From an uncultured Thermotogae bacterium (GTDB lineage: Bacteria; Bipolaricaulota; Bipolaricaulia; UBA7950; UBA9294), in contig CAZFZM010000010.1 in NCBI GenBank assembly GCA_964523545.1, positions 1,350 through 65,349 of the forward strand: a DNA stretch of 64,000 nt, given 5' to 3'. Below the pieces are notes generated by a model. It saw nothing but the letters and a program-made list of their open reading frames with translations, made no database searches and was not told where the DNA came from. Positions 60,091 to 64,000 of the stretch are shown here, in pieces (position 1 is the stretch's first letter; every line of letters begins with the position of its first letter). The translations under genes were made by a program, and so were the position numbers.

Positions 60091-60611
60091 GACTCGATCC
60101 TCAGCCTTTCCTCGTCGATCTCCTCCAGAAGCTGATCGAGCAGCCTCCGGTGGTCCTCGATCCGGATCTCACGGTCGAGGACGCGCTCGGCACCGAGGAC
60201 GGTGATCTCGGCGTACGCCTCCCGCAGCTCGGCGATCATCCGATCCCGCTCCTGCGTCAGTTGGCGCTTCCCGTCCTCGAGGATCCGCTCGGCCGCCCTC
60301 CTCGCCTCGGCTTTGGCGACGGCGATTGCCGCCTCGGCTTCCCGCTGCGCCGCCTCGGCGATCCCCTCCGCGCGCTTCCGTGCCTCGGCGAGCTCTTCCT
60401 TCTGCTCGGCGACGAGCTGCGCCGCGCGCTCCTCGTCCGCCTGCGCCGCCTGCATCCGGCCGTGGATCGTCTCCCGCCGCTTGTCGAGGTACTTGATCGC
60501 CGGCTTGAAGAGGAGCCGCTGCAGCAGGTAGAGGAGGATCGCGAAGTTGATCAGGTTGAAGACGAGCGTCCAGTTGATGCTCTTGACGATCGTTCCCCAC
60601 TCGAACGACAC
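60087..60611 (-). CDS. atpF: Fo ATP synthase b subunit
   Basis: A single N-terminal TM followed by a long charged helix. ATGA-type overlap with atpH. Confidence 0.9.
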   Translation of the reverse strand: MSFEWGTIVKSINWTLVFNLINFAILLYLLQRLLFKPAIKYLDKRRETIHGRMQAAQADEERAAQLVAEQKEELAEARKRAEGIAEAAQREAEAAIAVAKAEARRAAERILEDGKRQLTQERDRMIAELREAYAEITVLGAERVLDREIRIEDHRRLLDQLLEEIDEERLRIES

Positions 60612-60620
60612 GACCCCTCC

Positions 60621-60896
60621 TTAGATGACGAACAACAGGACGATCGCGATCAGAAGCGAATAGATGCCGGTCGTCTCCGTGATCGCTTGTCCGAGGACCA
60701 TCGTCCGCAATAGGGCGCCCTGCATCTCCGGTTGGCGCGCCATCCCGTCGAGCGCGTGCGCCGCGGCGATCCCCTCTCCGATCGCCGACCCGATCGCACC
60801 GATCCCCATGCAGAGTCCCGCGGCGATGTACTTCGCCGCCTCGGCGATGTCGGCGCCGCTGATCCCGCTTGCCACGGTCTGTGCTTCCTGCAACAT
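60621..60896 (-). CDS. atpE: Fo ATP synthase c subunit with Na+-type ion-site residues
   Basis: Helical hairpin around ARQPE. GSAIGEGIAAA and LGQAITETTGIYSLL. Confidence 0.95.
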   Translation of the reverse strand: MLQEAQTVASGISGADIAEAAKYIAAGLCMGIGAIGSAIGEGIAAAHALDGMARQPEMQGALLRTMVLGQAITETTGIYSLLIAIVLLFVI

Positions 60897-60906
60897 GATC
60901 CCTCCT

Positions 60907-61632
60907 CTATTCCTCTACCGCCACGTTGATGTACGCCACCGCGAGGATGGCGAAGACGAATGCCTGGATGGCCCCGAAGAACAGCCCGAAGATGATGCTC
61001 AGTACCGAAGGAACAACGATCGGCATGAATTTGGCCATGATGACCGACACGAGGAACGTTCCCGCGAGGATGTTGCCGAACAGACGGAACGAGTGCGAAA
61101 GCGGCTTCGCGATCTCTCCGACGAGGTTGATCGGCAGCATGAACGCGTACGGCTCGGCGAAGCCCTTGAGCCATCGCCGGGCACCCTTGAACCGGACGGC
61201 CAAGACGTGCGACAGGACGAGAACGAGAAGCGCCAACCCGAACGTCACGTTGAGGTCCTGGGTCGGCGAGCTCAGATAAGGGACGACACCGATCCAGTTC
61301 GACAGCAACACGTACAGGAAGAGCGTCGAGACGAACGGGAACATCATGATCGCCAGCCGCTCGGAGGCGAAGTTGTCGGAGAGCTGACTCTTGAGAAGGT
61401 CGACCAACGCGTCGAGCGTCGCCTGGATCCGGTTCGGCTTCTCCTCCACCGGCTGGCGCAGGCCCCGCCTGAGCCAAAGCGCCAACAGGACGAGGAGGAA
61501 GATGACGACCCACGACATGATGATCGCCGTGACGTCGAACCGGATCTCGGTTCCGAACAACGAGAGAACCGCGATGCGCTTCTCGCCCAGGTGCTCGAGC
61601 AACCCGCTGAGCTGCCTGAAGATTTCCCCCAT
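60907..61632 (-). CDS. atpB: Fo ATP synthase a subunit
   Basis: LSHSFRLFGNILAG, containing the conserved stator Arg. Confidence 0.95.
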   Translation of the reverse strand: MGEIFRQLSGLLEHLGEKRIAVLSLFGTEIRFDVTAIIMSWVVIFLLVLLALWLRRGLRQPVEEKPNRIQATLDALVDLLKSQLSDNFASERLAIMMFPFVSTLFLYVLLSNWIGVVPYLSSPTQDLNVTFGLALLVLVLSHVLAVRFKGARRWLKGFAEPYAFMLPINLVGEIAKPLSHSFRLFGNILAGTFLVSVIMAKFMPIVVPSVLSIIFGLFFGAIQAFVFAILAVAYINVAVEE

Positions 61633-61634
61633 CG

Positions 61635-62018
61635 TCAGACCGCCTCCGTGGACCTCCTCGCTGGGAGGTTCAAGTTTACCTGAGTGAGCAACAGCCCTCC
61701 ACAGGCGCCGAGGAGCACCTCGCGACCGAGATAAACGCCGACGAGCGCGAGAAGGATTCCAAGCAGGAGCAACCGCCCGAGACTCGAGCCGAGCGCCATC
61801 GAGCGACCCATCCGGGGGCCGCGGGCCGCAAGCAGCGACCGCGCGATCTCATGAACAAGCACGAGATTCCCGACGGACAGAGCGACCCCGATCCACACCC
61901 CGAGCGCGGCCCGCGGATAGCCAAGGAGTCCGACGACGAGCGCCAGAACCGCGGCCATCAGAAAAGACCTCCCCAGCCGGAACCGTCGGATCGCCCGTCT
62001 CAGGGAAGGGAAAAACAT
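61635..62018 (-). CDS. atpI: ATP synthase protein I-like small membrane protein
   Basis: Four hydrophobic segments, located directly upstream of atpB. Confidence 0.7.
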   Translation of the reverse strand: MFFPSLRRAIRRFRLGRSFLMAAVLALVVGLLGYPRAALGVWIGVALSVGNLVLVHEIARSLLAARGPRMGRSMALGSSLGRLLLLGILLALVGVYLGREVLLGACGGLLLTQVNLNLPARRSTEAV

Positions 62019-62034
62019 CGGATGGCGTCCAGAC

Positions 62035-62592
62035 TCAGATCGTCTGGATCTGTTGTCCTTTCTCCTCGATCAGCCCGTCGACCTGCTCGGAGTACTCGTG
62101 GATCGCGTCGTCGTTCTTCTCTCGATACCGGTGGTGCTCGTCCTCCGAGATCTCCGAGTCCTTCTTCATCTGGTCGAGCTTCTCGTTGGCGTCGCGCCGG
62201 ATGTTTCGCAAGGCGACCTTCGTCTCCTCGCCCCGTGCCTTGATGAGCTTGGTCAGCTCGTTCCGACGTTCCTCTGAGAGCTTGGGAACCCGAACCCGGA
62301 TGACGTTTCCGTCGCTCTCCGGATTCAGACCGAGATCGGCGCCGAGGATCGCCTTGACGAACTCGTCCATCTGGGTCTTGTCGTACGGCTGAACGACGAG
62401 AAGGTTCGGGTCCGGGGCCGCGATCGTCGCCAATTGCTTCAGGGGGGTCGACGTCCCGTAGTAGTCGACGACGACGTCTTCGATCATCGCCGGGTTGGCG
62501 CGTCCTGTTTGAACCTTCGCCAGGTTCGACTTCAGCACGTCGAGGCTCTGCTTCATGTGCTCGATCATCTCACGGCGAACCTGTTCTGGCAT
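62035..62592 (-). CDS. frr: Ribosome recycling factor
   Basis: Track ORF trimmed to ATG 62592 (GAGGTG RBS). GRANPAMIEDVVVDYYG, IRVRVPKLSEERR, LRNIRRDANEKL. Confidence 0.95.
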   Translation of the reverse strand: MPEQVRREMIEHMKQSLDVLKSNLAKVQTGRANPAMIEDVVVDYYGTSTPLKQLATIAAPDPNLLVVQPYDKTQMDEFVKAILGADLGLNPESDGNVIRVRVPKLSEERRNELTKLIKARGEETKVALRNIRRDANEKLDQMKKDSEISEDEHHRYREKNDDAIHEYSEQVDGLIEEKGQQIQTI

Positions 62593-62610
62593 GACAACAC
62601 CTCGAACGAA

Positions 62611-62639
62611 ATTGTAGGGCCAAACGGGGTTTTCGACAA
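62611..62639 (-). promoter_or_regulatory. Promoter of the frr-atp transcription unit
   Basis: Minus strand TTGTCG(62639-34)-17 nt-TACAAT(62616-11), about 19 nt upstream of the frr ATG. Confidence 0.5.
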
Positions 62640-62764
62640 ACCGCGGCGGGCCAAGAAACGTACCCTTGACATCGGCCCCACGAATAACGTACATTGGAGT
62701 AACCGTCGCGTGCGCGACGGTCTTTCGTTTGGAGGTCCGTCGCATACGCGGCGGCTTCGTCTTT

Positions 62765-64000
62765 CTACTCCTCCGTCGATCGCCCGAGAAACCCGACGCG
62801 AAACAGCCTCAGGATCGCGGGAATAACGACCAGAGCCCCCGCGGCGGAGATCAACATCGTCATCGTGATCAACAGGCCGAAGTTTCGCATCCCGCGAAAC
62901 GCCGAGAGGAGGAGGATGGAGAATCCGCCGGCGAGCGCGAGGGCGTTGTAGACGATCCCGCGCCCCGCGGTCTGCGCCGCTCGGACAAGAGCGACTGTGC
63001 GCTCTCCTCCAAGCCGCATCTCTTCTCGCGTCCGCTCGATGTAGTGAATCCCGTAGTCGATCCCGATTCCGATCGTGATCGACGAGATCATCAGCGTCGC
63101 GATGTCGAGCGACATCCCAGCGTAGGCCATGACGCCAAAGGAGACGACGATCGTGAACAGAAGCGGCACCAGGCTGATCAGGCCGGCGAGAATCGACGCC
63201 ATCAGAGCGACGACGATGATCCCGGCGGCGCCGATCGACGTGAACAGGCTGGTGATCTGGCTTCGAGCGATGGCGGTGAACATGCTCGCCACAATCCGCG
63301 TCGGGCCGACGAGCCGGGCGTTCTCGAAGTGCTCGCCGAGGTACGCGGTCACGTCGCGAACGAGGCCGACCCTCTCCTTCCCCGTCTTCGACGCATAGAA
63401 GCCGATCATCTCTCCGGCCGAGGAATCCCCGAGTGCCATGGAGCCGAGCGTCCCCCCTTGGAACGTGAACAGGAGCAGAAGCTGCGCGACCAGCCGGGGG
63501 TCGTCGGGGATCGCGTAGAAGGCCGGATCCTCGGCGTGGAACCGCTGGTTCATCTCGCGAACGATGTTCGCGAGGGAGATCGTCTTGTGGACGCCGTTTT
63601 CCGCGAGGAACCCCTCCAGCGCGACCATCTCGTTCAGAATCGAGGGATCCTTCAGTCCGTCCGGACGCCCGGTGTCGATCTCGACGACGATCTGGTCGCC
63701 GCCGGAGAAGAGCTCGTCCATCCGGTCGAGCGACTCGACCGCCGGGTGATCCTCGCCGAGGTAGGCACGCTGCGACGTCTCGATGTCGATCGTCGAGATC
63801 CCCCCGGCGAAGACCGCGGCCACCGCGACGGTCCCGGCCAGGACGAACCATCGATACCGGATCACGCCCCGGACGACGGCGCCGAGTCCCGAAGAGATCG
63901 GGCTTCGTCGCGCAGCATTCCGGGCGGTGGGCGCCGGGGCCTTCACCAATCGAAGAACCGCCGGGATCAGGACCAGCGAAAGGATCATCGCAAAGAGGAT
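62765..64000 (-). CDS. MMPL/RND-superfamily exporter, C-terminal half only (5' end beyond the right window edge)
   Basis: Track ORF 62765..63988 continues in frame to 64000 (..ILFA-MILSLVLIPAVLRLV). It aligns residue by residue with the second half of 8562-10886 (GRPDGLKDPSILNEMVALEGFL vs GRRDGLKDPAVLNAMLGLEDFL; ITIGIGIDYGIHYIERTRE). Confidence 0.85.
   Translation of the reverse strand: MLFAMILSLVLIPAVLRLVKAPAPTARNAARRSPISSGLGAVVRGVIRYRWFVLAGTVAVAAVFAGGISTIDIETSQRAYLGEDHPAVESLDRMDELFSGGDQIVVEIDTGRPDGLKDPSILNEMVALEGFLAENGVHKTISLANIVREMNQRFHAEDPAFYAIPDDPRLVAQLLLLFTFQGGTLGSMALGDSSAGEMIGFYASKTGKERVGLVRDVTAYLGEHFENARLVGPTRIVASMFTAIARSQITSLFTSIGAAGIIVVALMASILAGLISLVPLLFTIVVSFGVMAYAGMSLDIATLMISSITIGIGIDYGIHYIERTREEMRLGGERTVALVRAAQTAGRGIVYNALALAGGFSILLLSAFRGMRNFGLLITMTMLISAAGALVVIPAILRLFRVGFLGRSTEE

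Noticed and set aside
62664-62730. Plus-strand TTGACA-18-TACATT promoter-like sequence, followed at once by the hairpin ACCGTCGC-GTGC-GCGACGGT + CTTTCGTTT (62702-62730), considered as a tiny antisense/sRNA unit between frr and the MMPL gene
   Set aside because: The transcript would be only ~30 nt long. The hairpin is more simply a (bidirectional) terminator for the convergent or upstream MMPL gene. There is no independent support.

Overview
This is a visibly GC-rich bacterial chromosomal window (GC not computed). It shows strong GGAGG-type ribosome-binding sites and many ATGA/GTGA start-stop overlaps. Several promoters sit so close to their start codons that the mRNAs must be leaderless or nearly so. 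I can support about 70 protein genes, 2 tRNAs (Val-GAC, Cys-GCA) and a handful of promoters, terminators and hairpins.

Content from left to right:
- A CHAT-peptidase/STAND-NTPase/TPR gene of more than 1080 codons (1-3241, minus). It is missing from the supplied ORF track because it runs off the left edge.
- Small enzymes: GNATs, methyltransferases and a degenerate APH-like kinase.
- A GbsR/MarR regulator, secreted protein, MMPL/RND exporter and LolA-like protein in one operon (7727-11888).
- nfi, then a GyrI-like/Cys-rich fusion protein.
- A minus-strand cluster of STAS-GHKL ATPase, STAS-like-wHTH protein, small protein and dinB (14809-17777).
- Three tandem paralogous 6-TM membrane proteins, a wHTH regulator and a 27-codon micropeptide (17911-20324).
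- An Opp/Dpp-type ABC system with a permease-ATPase-ATPase triple fusion (22106-27800).
- An RluA-family/CYTH/GNAT/pyk operon.
- A NikR-linked TroA/ZnuA-type metal importer with an embedded FmdE-domain gene (31748-34970).
- An ABC importer of the family usually labelled 'tryptophan/tyrosine transport' (35236-38320). It is preceded by a leaderless 32-codon ORF with an FYYFWY run and an intrinsic terminator. This is my top candidate for something new.
- An OmpR/HK pair, a CpxP/Spy-like protein, znuACB-like genes, TlpA/CcdA, a GNAT and a MoeB/ThiF-family gene.
- gdh followed by two paralogous ~91-aa proteins that flank a small HTH-like ORF.
- A Crp/Fnr regulator, then split lysine-ketoglutarate reductase and saccharopine dehydrogenase genes.
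- frr-atpIBEFHAGD. There is no atpC, and the c subunit carries a full Na+-site signature.
- A second, truncated MMPL paralog at the right edge.

No rRNA, CRISPR array, transposase, integrase or phage genes were recognised. Many long ORFs in the track are Arg/Pro/Gly-rich off-frame or antisense shadows of real genes and were discarded. Many real genes start well inside the listed ORF. All family calls come from motif recognition and memory; no search was run.
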